Assembly (NCBI GenBank): GCA_963845675.1 | Contig: CAWJSX010000003.1 | Location: 88,807 to 152,806 of the forward strand | Length of the DNA: 64,000 bases | Direction: 5' to 3' | From: an uncultured Actinomycetota bacterium | Lineage (GTDB): Bacteria > Actinomycetota > Actinomycetes > Actinomycetales > CAWJMD01 | Shown: positions 1 to 11,081 of the stretch, piece by piece | Position numbering within the stretch: position 1 is the first letter of the stretch | Layout: each line of letters opens with the position of its first letter | Translations under genes and position numbers: made by a program | The notes under the pieces: generated by a model | What the model was told of the DNA's origin: nothing | The model's input: the letters and a program-made list of their open reading frames with translations, nothing else | The model's database searches: none

Positions 1-456
1 GGGCGGATGGCCGCCAGCCGGGGTCGACCGCGTCTCACCGGACACCGCCCCCGGAGGCGCGGGGGCCGCGGCCGTCGTGGTCGACGCAGGCGGCGGGCCC
101 GCCGCCGCCGGGACGGCACCCATGCCGAGCGCCGCCGCGACGACCAGGTAGAGCACGCCGGGGACCAACCGGGCCCGGGTGCGCCGGTCCGATCCGGCCC
201 CCGGGTGTGCGCCCGCCCTCGTGGTCAGCAGGGTGCCCAGTGCCACCAGCGACCCGACAGCCAGCCACGCCGCCACGAGCGCGCCGCCGGCGGACACGAC
301 CGCCACCACGAGGTCGTCGACGGCCGGTGGCGGAGCGGCGTCGGTCTCGGCCGGCCAGGTGGACCACGCCACAGCGGCCAGCAGTCCGGCGACCCCGACG
401 AGGGCCATGACGGCGGCGAGCACGGCAGCGACTCGTGCGACCAGCGGACCTCTCAT
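1..456 (-). CDS. hypothetical multi-pass membrane protein (partial, continues beyond window start)
   Basis: Hand translation of the minus strand from ATG 456..454 stays open to base 1 (MRGPLVARVAAVLAAVMALVGVAGLLAAVAWSTWP...). It shows three hydrophobic segments then an Ala/Pro-rich tail. It is absent from the ORF track only because no stop lies in the window. No family recognised. Confidence 0.4.
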   Translation of the reverse strand, partial: MRGPLVARVAAVLAAVMALVGVAGLLAAVAWSTWPAETDAAPPPAVDDLVVAVVSAGGALVAAWLAVGSLVALGTLLTTRAGAHPGAGSDRRTRARLVPGVLYLVVAAALGMGAVPAAAGPPPASTTTAAAPAPPGAVSGETRSTPAGGHPP

Positions 457-591
457 GACGGCGAAGATAGCAGTTGCTTCCATTTACCGTCGTTTGATGT
501 CGTTCACTGTGGACAGTGTGCTGACGACGCGTCTCGCGCCCCGTGTCACGACCTGGGCGGCTCGGCGTCCGCGTGTCGTACGGTGACGCCC

Positions 592-1140
592 ATGCGCTGG
601 CAGTCGCTCTTCGACGACCTCGAGGCGCAGCTGGGGCGCCAGGAGCGGGGCGATCTGGAGGCCGAGGTCGCGGAGCGGAGCAGGGCCGAGCAGGCCACGG
701 TCACCCTGGCCGAGCGGCTGCTGGCGCACGACGGAGCGCCGCTGAGGATCGGGGTCGCCGGCGGCGGCACCGTGTGCGGTCGGGTGGTCGAGGCCGCACC
801 GCAGTGGCTCGTCGTGGTCGACGGGCGCGACGAGGTGTTAGTCCCCACGCACGCCGTCGTCTCCGTGGCGGGCCTCGGACGCGCCAGCGCGCTGCCTCCC
901 GGCCAGGTGATGCGCAGGCTGGGTCTCGGTCACGCGCTGCGCGCTCTCGCCCGCGACCGGGTGGTCGTGACGGTCACGACGACCGCCGGCGTGTTCACCG
1001 GCACGGTCGACCGTGTCGCGGCCGACCACCTGGACCTGGCCGAGCACCCGCTCGACGAGGCCCGTCGCGCTCCGGTGGTCCGGTCCGTGGTGGCGCTCGG
1101 CTTCGCCGGGCTGCTCACGGTCCGCGCGCGGCGGTGGTGA
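592..1140 (+). CDS. conserved hypothetical protein
   Basis: Last 183 codons of ORF 7..1140, starting at ATG 592 (MRWQSLFDDLEAQLGRQERGDLEAEVAERSRAEQ...). The upstream Arg-rich 195 codons look like GC-driven read-through and overlap the minus-strand gene 1..456. No family recognised. Confidence 0.45.
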   Translation: MRWQSLFDDLEAQLGRQERGDLEAEVAERSRAEQATVTLAERLLAHDGAPLRIGVAGGGTVCGRVVEAAPQWLVVVDGRDEVLVPTHAVVSVAGLGRASALPPGQVMRRLGLGHALRALARDRVVVTVTTTAGVFTGTVDRVAADHLDLAEHPLDEARRAPVVRSVVALGFAGLLTVRARRW

Positions 1141-1145
1141 GGAGG

Positions 1146-1379
1146 TCAGGCCTCCGCGTCGGTCTCGCCGTCCAGCTTGCCGGCGGCGACGTGCGCCCGC
1201 GTCTCGGCGTACTTCTGCTGGATGTACTCCTCCAGCGCGGTGGTCTCGATGCGCCACTGCCCGCGGCCGCCGACCTTGATGGCCGGCAGCTCGCCGGACC
1301 TGACGAGGGCGTACGCCTGGGCTGACGACACGTTGAGGATCTCTGCCACGTCGGTGAGGGGGAGGAACCTGTGAGCCAT
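1146..1379 (-). CDS. excisionase-family helix-turn-helix DNA-binding protein
   Basis: ORF 1146..1475 trimmed to ATG 1379 (MAHRFLPLTDVAEILNVSSAQAYALVRSGELPAIKVGGRGQWRIE...), a typical excisionase/MerR-superfamily HTH. From memory, such a small gene commonly sits divergently upstream of actinobacterial SAF/ssd/tad loci. Confidence 0.8.
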   Translation of the reverse strand: MAHRFLPLTDVAEILNVSSAQAYALVRSGELPAIKVGGRGQWRIETTALEEYIQQKYAETRAHVAAGKLDGETDAEA

Positions 1380-1557
1380 GGAGCCCTCCAGCAGTCGAGC
1401 CGGGCCGCCCGTCGCCCGAACGGGTATTCGACAGTTTGACACAGGGCGCGGCTCGTTACCCACCACGACGGCCATCTGTGGGAGCCTCTGGCCGATGACG
1501 GCAGCTGGCGGCGCATCTGGGGATGTTCGGTGCCTGTATCGGCTGCTTACGGCAGAA

Positions 1558-1574
1558 TACGGTGTTCGTGCGGG
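1558..1574 (+). promoter_or_regulatory. possible promoter core TACGGTGTTCGTGCGGG upstream of the SAF/cpaE operon (weak relative of the tadA element)
   Basis: 14 of 17 positions match TAGGGTGTTCGACGGGG at 58275..58291. It lies 24 nt upstream of ATG 1598. Found by eye; the GGTGTTCG core also occurs by chance inside coding regions. Confidence 0.3.
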
Positions 1575-1597
1575 TCTGAGGGGGGCGTGGGGACGCG

Positions 1598-2254
1598 ATG
1601 AGCGCGACGAGGGACGTGCCGGCGACGCCTGCGTCGCGGCTGCGACCGCCCTCGTGGCGGGACCCGCGCCTCCTGGTCGGAGTTCTCCTCGTGGTCCTCT
1701 CGGTGGTCGTCGGTGCCCGGCTCGTCTCGGTCGCCGACCGGACCGAGCCGTTCTACGTGGCCGCGCACCCGCTCACGCCCGGGGACATGGTCGGTCCCGA
1801 CGACGTCACGGTCGTCCGGTTGACGATGCAGGAGGCCGACCTCACCTACCTGTCCGCTGCCACGGCCCTTCCCGAGGGGCTGGTGGTGGTGCGAACCGTC
1901 GGGGAGGGTGAGCTCGTCCCCCGAGGCGGCGTCGGGGCCGCCGCGGACCTGGGCGTCCAGCCGGTCGGCGTCCCCGTCGAGGGCGCGCTTCCCGCAGGCC
2001 TGGTGAAGGGCGCCGTCGTGGACGTGTGGGTCGCCGCACCCGACCCCGACCGCGCGGGTGCCTTCCTGCCGCCCGAACGCCTGGTGGAGGGTGCGGAGGT
2101 GGCCGAGGTGGCTGAGTCCGGGACGGCCCTCGGGGCCGGCGGCGGCAGCACCGTCCAGGTCCTCGTCGGGCCCGGGGCCCTGCGGGAGGTGCTGGGAGCC
2201 CTCGCGAACGACGCGGCCGTCTCGCTGGTGCTCGCGCCGGGTCGAGGCGGCTGA
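1598..2254 (+). CDS. SAF-domain protein, CpaB/RcpC-like Flp pilus assembly protein
   Basis: ORF 1598..2254. It has an N-terminal TM helix (LLVGVLLVVLSVVVGARLV) followed by a SAF-like beta domain (LTPGDMVGPDDVTVVRL..., GEGELVPRGGV). It occupies the first position of a tad-type operon, directly before the CpaE-like ATPase. Confidence 0.7.
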   Translation: MSATRDVPATPASRLRPPSWRDPRLLVGVLLVVLSVVVGARLVSVADRTEPFYVAAHPLTPGDMVGPDDVTVVRLTMQEADLTYLSAATALPEGLVVVRTVGEGELVPRGGVGAAADLGVQPVGVPVEGALPAGLVKGAVVDVWVAAPDPDRAGAFLPPERLVEGAEVAEVAESGTALGAGGGSTVQVLVGPGALREVLGALANDAAVSLVLAPGRGG

Positions 2255-2258
2255 CGCG

Positions 2259-3582
2259 GTGCAGACGTGTCCGGTCCTCATCGCCGTGACCGGCGCGTGG
2301 GAGGCGCCGCTGGTCTCGTCCGTCGAGTCGGCCAGGGGCACCGTCACGGTCGTCCGCCGCTGCGCCGACCTCGCCGACCTCCTCGCCGGCGCAGCCGGTG
2401 GTCGGGCACGGGCAGCCCTCGTCTCCGCCGACCTGCGCGGCCTGGACCGCGAGGCCGTCACCCGCCTGCGCCAGAGCGGCCTCGCCGTCGTAGGCGTCGC
2501 GACGCCCGGGCTCAGCGAGCACGTCGAGCACCTGCTGGCCCTGGGGGTGGCGGACGTGCTGGCGGCAGACGCGGATCCGTCGGAGGTCGAACGTGTCGTC
2601 ACGTCCGCCCTCTCCGAGGAACCGGGTCGCTCGCTCGCGTCCCCCGCCGACCCCGCGCAGGCCGTTGACACCGCGCGGTGGGCACCGTCGGAGGGCGGCG
2701 CCCTCGCCGGCGAGAAGCCGAGGTCGGCCACGCCGCTGGGGCGGGTCGTCGCGGTGTGGGGTCCCGTCGGCTCCCCGGGCCGCAGCACGGTCGCCGTCAC
2801 CCTGGCCGCCGAGATCGCCGCCCTGGGCGAGCCCGGCGCTCCTCGTGGACGCCGACACGTACGGCGCGAGCATCGGGCAGGCCCTCGGCGTGCTGGACGA
2901 GGCCCCCGGTCTGGCGGCGGCCTGCCGGGCGGCGTCGACCGGTTCGCTCGACCGCGCGATGCTCGCCCGTCTCGCACCGTCCGTCTCGCCCGGCCTGCGC
3001 GTGCTGACCGGCATCACCCGGGCCGACCGGTGGCCCGAGCTGTCGGTGTCTGCGCTGGAGCTGGTGTGGGAGGTGAGTCGGTCCGTGGCCCCCTGGACCG
3101 TCGTCGACACCGGGTTCTGCCTGGAGCGGGACGAGGAGCTCAGCTACGACACGCGCGCCCCACGTCGCAACGGGGCGACGCTGTCCGCGCTGGAGTCGGC
3201 GGACGTCGTCGTCGCGGTGGGCTCGGCCGACCCGGTCGGTCTGCAGCGGTTGGTGCGAGGTCTGGGTGACCTCGCCGAGGTGCTGGGTCCCCTCGCGCCA
3301 CGGGTGGTCGTCACGCGGTCCCGCGCCACGGCGGTCGGCACGTCTCCCGACCGGCGTGTCCGCGAGGCGCTGCAGCGGTACGCGGGGGTGTCGGACGTGA
3401 CCGTCGTGCCCGACGACCGCGCCGCCCTCGACGCGGCGATGCTGGCGGGCAGGTCGCTGACCGAGGCGCAGCCGTACTCACCGGCCCGCGCAGCGCTCGC
3501 CGAGCTGGCGCTCGACCTCGCGGGGCGGGCGGGTGACCGTCCCAGGCGCCGGCGACGGTCGGCGCGCACCGCGGCACAATGA
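2259..3582 (+). pseudogene. CpaE/MinD/ParA-family ATPase (Ssd/TadZ-like), reading frame broken once
   Basis: From GTG 2259 the frame of ORF 2058..3269 gives an N-domain and a deviant Walker A (VAVWGPVGSPGRSTVAVTLAAEIAALGEP). The continuation ALLVDADTYGASIGQALG...VVVTRSRATAVG lies in the frame of ORF 2593..3582, so an indel lies near 2830-2836. Confidence 0.75.
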
Positions 3583-3586
3583 CCGC

Positions 3587-4255
3587 GTGAGGAGCCATGG
3601 TGCGAGCCGACCAGGCGCGACCCTCCACGGGTTGATCGTGGACTGGGGCGGCGTGCTGACCGTGGCGCTCCCGGAGGCGATCCGGGTGTGGGCCGACGCC
3701 GAGGGCGTGGACCTCGAGATCTACCGGGCGGTCCTGGTGGAGTGGGGCTTCGGGCCCGACCACTCCGGACCGGCCGCGGAGCTCGAGCGCGGCGAGATCA
3801 GCGCTGCGACGTTCGAGGTGCTGCTGGCGGAGGAGTTCGCCCGCAGGGGCAGCCCGGTCGCGGGCGGCGGGTTGCTCCGGCGCATGCTGGCCGGTCTGGA
3901 CCGCCCCGAGCCGCGGATGTTCGAGGTCGTGCGGCGGGCCCGAGCGGCCGGGCTCGCCACCGGACTGCTCTCCAACTCGTGGGGCAACGACTACGACCGT
4001 CGGGGCTGGGACGACCTCTTCGACGCCGTGGTCATCTCCGGGGAGGTCGGGATGCGCAAGCCCGAGCCCCGCATCTTCGAGCATGCCGCGTCGCTGCTCG
4101 ACCTCCCTCTCCACGCGTGCGTGATCGTCGACGACCTGGAGCACAACGTGGACGGCGCCCGGGCGACCGGCATGTCCGCCGTGCTGCACCGCGACGTCGA
4201 CGCCACGCTGCCCGAGCTCTCGCGGCTGCTGGGGATAGACCTCTCGGACGTCTAG
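3587..4255 (+). CDS. HAD-superfamily hydrolase
   Basis: ORF 3533..4255 trimmed to GTG 3587. HAD motif I-like LIVDWGGVL, LLSNSWG, GMRKPEPRIF and VIVDDLEHNVDGARATGM are present. Start codon choice is uncertain. Confidence 0.7.
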   Translation: MRSHGASRPGATLHGLIVDWGGVLTVALPEAIRVWADAEGVDLEIYRAVLVEWGFGPDHSGPAAELERGEISAATFEVLLAEEFARRGSPVAGGGLLRRMLAGLDRPEPRMFEVVRRARAAGLATGLLSNSWGNDYDRRGWDDLFDAVVISGEVGMRKPEPRIFEHAASLLDLPLHACVIVDDLEHNVDGARATGMSAVLHRDVDATLPELSRLLGIDLSDV

Positions 4256-4892
4256 GCGACCTTCACCTGGAGCAGGAGCCTCTCCGGCCCGCTCGCCTCG
4301 ACCACGTAGACGCCGGGGGTGCCGCCGACGAGGTCGATCGGGACCGTGGCCTGACCGGGCACCGGTCGCTCGATGTCGTACCCGCGCACGTGCACGACCG
4401 TGGTCCGGTCGGCGCACGAGCAGCCGCAGCTTCTGGCCGCGGGCCAGCGTCACGGTCGCCGGGGCCGGCGTGACGTCGCGCGCCGGCGATCGTGACCTCG
4501 TACGTCACGTCGGGCTCGCCGGCACCGGCACCGGCACCGGCACCGGCACCCGCGCCTCCGGTCACCGTCGCGGCGGGCAGGGTCTCGGTCAGGTGGCAGG
4601 GCGTCGGCACAGCCTCGGGGGTGCCGCTGATCGTCGCGTCCGGGTCGCTGCCCAGGACCTCGGGCTCCACAGGCTCGCCGGACGCCGCGGGCTCCGTCGC
4701 CGACCCGGTCCCGGACACGCCGGCCGGCTCGCCGGCTGACCGTCCTCCGTCCCCCGAACAGCCCGTCAGGACCAGGCCCAGAGCCAGCCCGACGGACAGG
4801 CCGACGACCGCGGCCGGACGACGGCGCGCGGACAGGGGTGTGGTGGTGGCGATCACGGCGCCGAGTGTAGGTGGCGTGACACGATGGCCCAC
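4252..4892 (-). pseudogene. secreted lipoprotein with (Gly-Ala)n linker and beta-rich C-terminal domain (cupredoxin-like, tentative); two frame breaks
   Basis: ORF 4263..4892 has a signal peptide plus lipobox (LVLTGC). The C-terminal domain ...VTLARGQKLRLLVR / ADRTTVVHVRGYDIERPVPGQATVPIDLVGGTPGVYVVEASGPERLLLQVKVA* is recovered only by changing frame near 4462 and near 4415. Stop at 4252..4254. Confidence 0.5.
4521..4550. repeat. perfect hexanucleotide repeat (GGCACC)x5 inside the lipoprotein gene
   Basis: Read directly: ggcacc ggcacc ggcacc ggcacc ggcacc. It encodes the GAGAGAGAGA linker on the minus strand. Confidence 0.95.
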
Positions 4893-4921
4893 GTGCCGCC
4901 CCCGTCCAGCGAAGGAGCCCA

Positions 4922-6361
4922 GTGTCGGACCGTCTGACCCCGCTGGACCTCTCCTTCCTGTACCTGGAGGAGCGGACGACGGTCATGCACGTGGGCTCGG
5001 TGCTGGTCTTCGACCCGCCGGAGGGGGGATTCGACTTCGACGCGTTGCTGCGCCACATCGGGGCCCGCATCGCGTTCGTCCCGCGGTTCCGTCAGCGCAT
5101 CCGCCAGGTGCCGGCCCGCCTCGCGAACCCCGTCTGGGTGGACGACGAGCGCTTCGACATCGGGTACCACGTCCGGCGGTCCGCGCTCCCGCGACCCGGC
5201 ACCGGCGAGCAGCTGCGCGAGCTGGTCGCCCGGGTGCAGTCGCGCCACCTGGACCGCAGCCGGCCGCTGTGGGAGGCGTACGTCGTGGAGGGCCTGGAGG
5301 ACGGGCGCTTCGCCATCGTCACGAAGTCGCACCAGTCGCTCGTGGACGGCGTCAACGCCGTCGACCTGTCCCAGGTCGTGCTGGACGACACCCCGTCACC
5401 GACACCGGCGCCCCCGGACACGTGGCACCCGAGCCGGGAGCCGTCGCTGGTCGAGCTCGTCACCGGCGCCGTCGCGGAGGCGGTGCGGCGTCCGACGCAG
5501 GTGGTCGACACCCTCCGCGCCGGCGCGGCCGACCTGCAGGCGACGGCGGACAAGGCCCTTGGCGCGCTCGGCGGGATCGCGCTCGCGGCCCGCACGGCCA
5601 CCAGCCCCGCGCCCGACTCCCCGCTCAACGTCGAGATCGGCGAGCACCGCCGCTTCGGGACGGTGACCACCGACCTCGAGGACTACCGCGCGGTGCGCGC
5701 GTTCCACGCCACGGGAGGTCGTCGCCGCGCCACGAAGGGGATTGTGGGGACGGCGATCTCGGTCAACGACGTGGTTCTCGCGACGCTCACCGGCGCGCTG
5801 CGCGAGTGGATGCTCGCACGTGGTGCCCGCGTCACGCCGACCACGACGCTCCGAGCCCTCGTGCCGGTCAGTGTCCGGTCCGACGTGGTCGAGTCCGGCC
5901 CCGCCGCCTCGACGGTCGAGTCGCACCTGGTCGACCTGCCGGTGGGCGAACCCAACGCCACGGTGCGGCTGCAGCAGGTCTCGTACCAGATGAAGGCCCA
6001 CGCCGACACGGGGCGGGCCGTACCGGCGAGGCGTCTGGCCGACGTCGGCGGGTTCGCACCGCCCACGCTGCACTCCCTGGGTGCCCGCGTGGCCAGCGGC
6101 CTGTCTCGCCGGGTCTTCAACCTCGTGGTGACGAACGTCCCCGGGCCGCAGCACCCGCTGTTCGCAGCCGGCGCACGGCTGGTGGCCGGGTACCCCGTGA
6201 TCCCCCTCGCCCGGGGGCAGGGGCTCGCGATCGGCCTGACCTCCTACGAGGGCAGCGTGTTCTACGGCCTCAACGCCGACCGGGAGGCGATGCCCGACCT
6301 CGACGTCCTCGGGCAGTGCGTCGTCGAGTCGCTCGCCGAGCTCCGGGACACGGTGCAGTGA
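4922..6361 (+). CDS. wax ester synthase / diacylglycerol acyltransferase (WS/DGAT) family protein
   Basis: Intact 479-aa ORF. N-terminus LTPLDLSFLYLEERTTVMHVG, active-site region IVTKSHQSLVDGVNAVDL (variant of HHxxxDG), and C-terminal NLVVTNVPGP motif. Confidence 0.9.
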   Translation: MSDRLTPLDLSFLYLEERTTVMHVGSVLVFDPPEGGFDFDALLRHIGARIAFVPRFRQRIRQVPARLANPVWVDDERFDIGYHVRRSALPRPGTGEQLRELVARVQSRHLDRSRPLWEAYVVEGLEDGRFAIVTKSHQSLVDGVNAVDLSQVVLDDTPSPTPAPPDTWHPSREPSLVELVTGAVAEAVRRPTQVVDTLRAGAADLQATADKALGALGGIALAARTATSPAPDSPLNVEIGEHRRFGTVTTDLEDYRAVRAFHATGGRRRATKGIVGTAISVNDVVLATLTGALREWMLARGARVTPTTTLRALVPVSVRSDVVESGPAASTVESHLVDLPVGEPNATVRLQQVSYQMKAHADTGRAVPARRLADVGGFAPPTLHSLGARVASGLSRRVFNLVVTNVPGPQHPLFAAGARLVAGYPVIPLARGQGLAIGLTSYEGSVFYGLNADREAMPDLDVLGQCVVESLAELRDTVQ

Positions 6362-7415
6362 GCGGCATCTCGCACGGGCGGCGGGGACGCTGGGGCCTGG
6401 TCCTGGGCGGCGGGGGAGTCCTGGGCGGCGCCTGGATGGTCGGCGCGCTGACGGCGCTGCAGGAGGTGCACGGCCTGGACCCGCGCGAGGCGGACCTGCT
6501 GGTCGGCACGTCGGCCGGCTCCGTGCACGCGGCGCTCCTCGGAGCGGGGGTGAGCGTGGCCGAGCTGCGCTCCCACCAGCTCGGCGAGCCGTCGCGGTCG
6601 GGACCGCTGGCGCGGATCGGCTGGGACTACGAGACAGCCACCGGTGGGTCCCGGCCGCCGCGGCCCCGCTGGGGGCTCGGGTCGGCGGGCCTGGTCCGGC
6701 AGGGAGCGGGACGCCTCCGGCACCTGCCGCCCACCGCCGTGCTCTCGGCCCTGATGCCCGAAGGACGCGGCTCGCTCGAGATGGTGGGCCGTCTCGTCCA
6801 GGCGGTGCAGGACGAGGTGAAGGCGGCGACCGGCGGCTGGTCACCCCACCCGGGCGTGCGGGCGGTCGCGATGGACTTCGAGTCGGGACGGCGAGTGGTC
6901 TTCGGCGACCCGGTGAGCCCGCCGGCGGCCCTGGCCGAGGCGGTGATGGCGTCCTGTGCCGTGCCCGGCTGGTACTCGCCCGTCAGCATCCACGGCGTCC
7001 GGTACATCGACGGCGGGGCGTCCTCGTCCACGAACATCGACGTGCTCGCCGGTCACGACCTGGACGAGATCTTCGTGCTGGCCCCGACGGTCTCGTTCTC
7101 GATGGACCAGCCGACGGCCGCGCCCGCGCGGATGGAACGGGCCTGGCGCCACCGCGTGACCCGACGCGCCCTGCGTGAGGTGGCCAAGGTCCACGCGGGT
7201 GGCACCGACGTGACCGTGCTGGGCCCCGGCCCGGCCGACCTCGAGGCGATCGGCTTCAACCTGATGGACGTCTCACGGCGTCGTCAGGTGCTCGACACCT
7301 CGCTGGTGACCACCCGTGCGGCCCTGCAGGACCCCGAGGAGCTGGAGGCGCTGATGGCACGACCCGAGAGGCTTCGACGGGGACGACCCGGTCGACGACC
7401 AGGAGGTGGTCTGAT
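6358..7415 (+). CDS. patatin-like phospholipase (3-prime end uncertain)
   Basis: GTG 6358 overlaps the upstream TGA (GTGA). Motifs: GLVLGGGGVLGGAWMVG (Gly-rich oxyanion loop), GTSAGS (GxSxG), YIDGG (catalytic Asp). As given, the frame reads through into the next gene. A frame change near 7365 yields ...DPRGFDGDDPVDDQEVV* ending at TGA 7413..7415. Confidence 0.75.
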
Positions 7416-7917
7416 GCGCGTCTTCCTCCCCGCGACGGGGCCGCTGCTGGCCGAGTGGGCGCGAACGGGGGCGGTGGCCGTCCCCCTCACCGCGCACGCC
7501 GTCACACCGGCGCTGCGGGAGTGGTACGCGGAGGGCGATACCGAGGAGCTCGAGTACGCCGCGATGGTCGAGGCGGCGGAGGCCTCTCTGCGCCTGCTGG
7601 GTGACGACCCGTCCGCGGCGCGGCGCCGGGTCGTGCTGGCGGCCGAGGTGGACGTCGCGACCACGCTCCCGGGAGGCGACACCGGCCCGCGGTCCCAGGT
7701 CCTGCTGCCCGGGTCGGTGCCGGTGAGCGACCTCGTCGCCGTGCACGTCGACGACGACGAGGCCGTCGTCGACGTCACGGCCGCGGTCGAGGCCGTCGAC
7801 GCCGCCGACCGCGGCGACGACGAGGCGCAGTTCGTCGTCGACTCGGCCGAGGCGCACGACCTGCTCTGGTTCGACGCGTCCGAGATCGACTCCGTCGTCG
7901 CTGATCTCGGTCACTGA
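7414..7917 (+). CDS. conserved hypothetical acidic protein
   Basis: ATG 7414 overlaps the presumed patatin stop (TGATG). Sequence is MRVFLPATGPLLAEWARTGAVAVPLTAHAVTPALREWYAEGDTEELEYAAM... with an Asp/Glu-rich C-terminus. No family recognised with certainty. Confidence 0.5.
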   Translation: MRVFLPATGPLLAEWARTGAVAVPLTAHAVTPALREWYAEGDTEELEYAAMVEAAEASLRLLGDDPSAARRRVVLAAEVDVATTLPGGDTGPRSQVLLPGSVPVSDLVAVHVDDDEAVVDVTAAVEAVDAADRGDDEAQFVVDSAEAHDLLWFDASEIDSVVADLGH

Positions 7918-7938
7918 GCTGTCGCGGCCCGGCAGTCG

Positions 7939-9349
7939 CTAGAAGCCGTTGCCCCGCACGACCTGGGCGTACCAGAGCGCGCTGGCCTTCGGAGTCCGTT
8001 CCTGCGTCTCGTAGTCGACCCGCACGATGCCGAACCTGCGGTCGTAGCCGAAGGCCCACTCGAAGTTGTCCATCAGGGACCAGGCGAGGTACCCGCGCAG
8101 GTCGACACCCTCGGTGAGCGCGGCGTAGCAGGCACGGAGGTGCTCCTCGATGTAGCTGCGTCGGTGCTCGTCGTGGACGGAGCCGTCACCGGACACCTCG
8201 TCGTCGTAGGCGGCACCGTTCTCGGTGATGACGAAGGGCGTGCCGGGGTATCTCTGGTGCAGCGTGACGAGCAGGTCGCGCAGGCCGTCGGGATCGACCT
8301 CCCAGTCCATCGCCGTCACCGGCAGGCCGCGCGAGACCATCTGCGCCGCCTCGGCACCCACCCACGGCGACCCCTCGAGGGGCACTCCGGAGTCGTGCAC
8401 GTTGGCGGTCGTGTAGTAGTTCACGCCGAGCACGTCGATCGGTGACGAGATCACGTCGAGGTCCCCGGGCTGCACGACGTCGGCCAGGCCGAAGGGCTCG
8501 AGGTCGTCCCAGACGTCCTGCGGGTAGCCGCCCCGAAGGAGAGGGTCGAGGAACAGCCGGTTCTGCAGGCCGTCGACCCGGCGCGCGATCTCGACGTCCT
8601 CGTCACGGGTGCGGTCGGCGGGAGTCACGGGCGACAGGTTCAGCGTGATGCCCAGCTGCGTCTGCTCGCCGGTCGGGGCGACGGACCCCGACACCCGCGT
8701 CGCGCAGCACCCGGGTGGCCTTGCCGTGAGCCAGCAGCAGGTGGTGCACGGCGGCGACCGCCTCGCGAGGGTCGCGGTGTCCGGGCGCGTGGTGACCGGC
8801 TGCGTAGGAGAGCAGGGACGAGCACCAGGGCTCGTTGAGCGTCGTCCACGTCGGCACGCGGTCGCCGAGCGCGTCGTGCACGGTCGAGGCATACTCGGCG
8901 AAGAGGTCGGTGGTGTCGCGGTTCGCCCAGCCTCCCTTGTCCTGCAACGCCTGTGGGAGGTCCCAGTGGTACAGGGTCAGCCACGGCTTGATGCCGCGGC
9001 CCAGCAGCTCGTCCACCAGCCGCGAGTAGAAGTCGAGCCCGGCCGGGTTCACGTCGCCGCCGTCCGGCCGGATGCGCGGCCACGACGTCGAGAAGCGGTA
9101 GGTGGCGATGCCCAGCTCCGACATCATCTCGACGTCCTGCGGCATCCGCCGGTAGTGGTCGCAGGCCAGCTCGCCGGTGTCGCCGTCCAGCACCGCACCG
9201 GGCTGACGACAGAACACGTCCCAGATCGAGTCGGTCCGCCCGTCGGCCGTCGTCGAGCCCTCGATCTGGAAGGCTGCGGTCGCTGCGCCCCAGAGGAAAC
9301 CGGTCGGGAACTGGACGGCGCCGAGGGGGTTGCCCGTAGTGGTCGTCAT
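7939..9349 (-). pseudogene. GH1 beta-glucosidase, one frame break
   Basis: ORF 8603..9349 is the N-half ([20 protein letters not shown] acid/base Glu). ORF 7939..8892 is the C-half (ITENGAAY nucleophile Glu, WSLMDNFEW). The two join at ...ATRVLRDAG / [19 protein letters not shown], which implies a 1-nt indel near 8690-8700. Confidence 0.9.
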
Positions 9350-9443
9350 GGGGGCATTCTGCTACCCACTCCCGCGTGACACGATGTGCCGACCCGACTG
9401 GTGGTCACCATCCACCGATCCGACGCCGCCCGAGGAGAACTGA

Positions 9444-11072
<1,629 letters not shown>

Positions 11073-11081
11073 GCGGCGACC

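Noticed and set aside
7-591. Arg-rich N-terminal 195 codons of ORF 7..1140
   Set aside because: The sequence is poly-Arg/Gly low complexity and overlaps a better membrane-protein reading on the opposite strand. The credible gene starts at ATG 592.
1146-1379. Excisionase-family HTH as a marker of a prophage or integrative element
   Set aside because: No integrase, att-like tRNA, or phage or conjugation genes are nearby. This small HTH is a regular companion of actinobacterial SAF/ssd/tad loci.
4521-4550. Short tandem repeats (here and at 28931..28972) as a possible CRISPR array
   Set aside because: The units are 6 nt with no spacers, lie inside coding sequence, and no cas genes are present.
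4492-6357. The first 620 or so codons of the 1141-aa ORF 4492..7917
   Set aside because: It lies out of frame over the lipoprotein (antisense) and the WS/DGAT gene, and it is low-complexity and Arg/Pro/Gly-rich. Only the patatin part and the following gene part of that ORF are credible.
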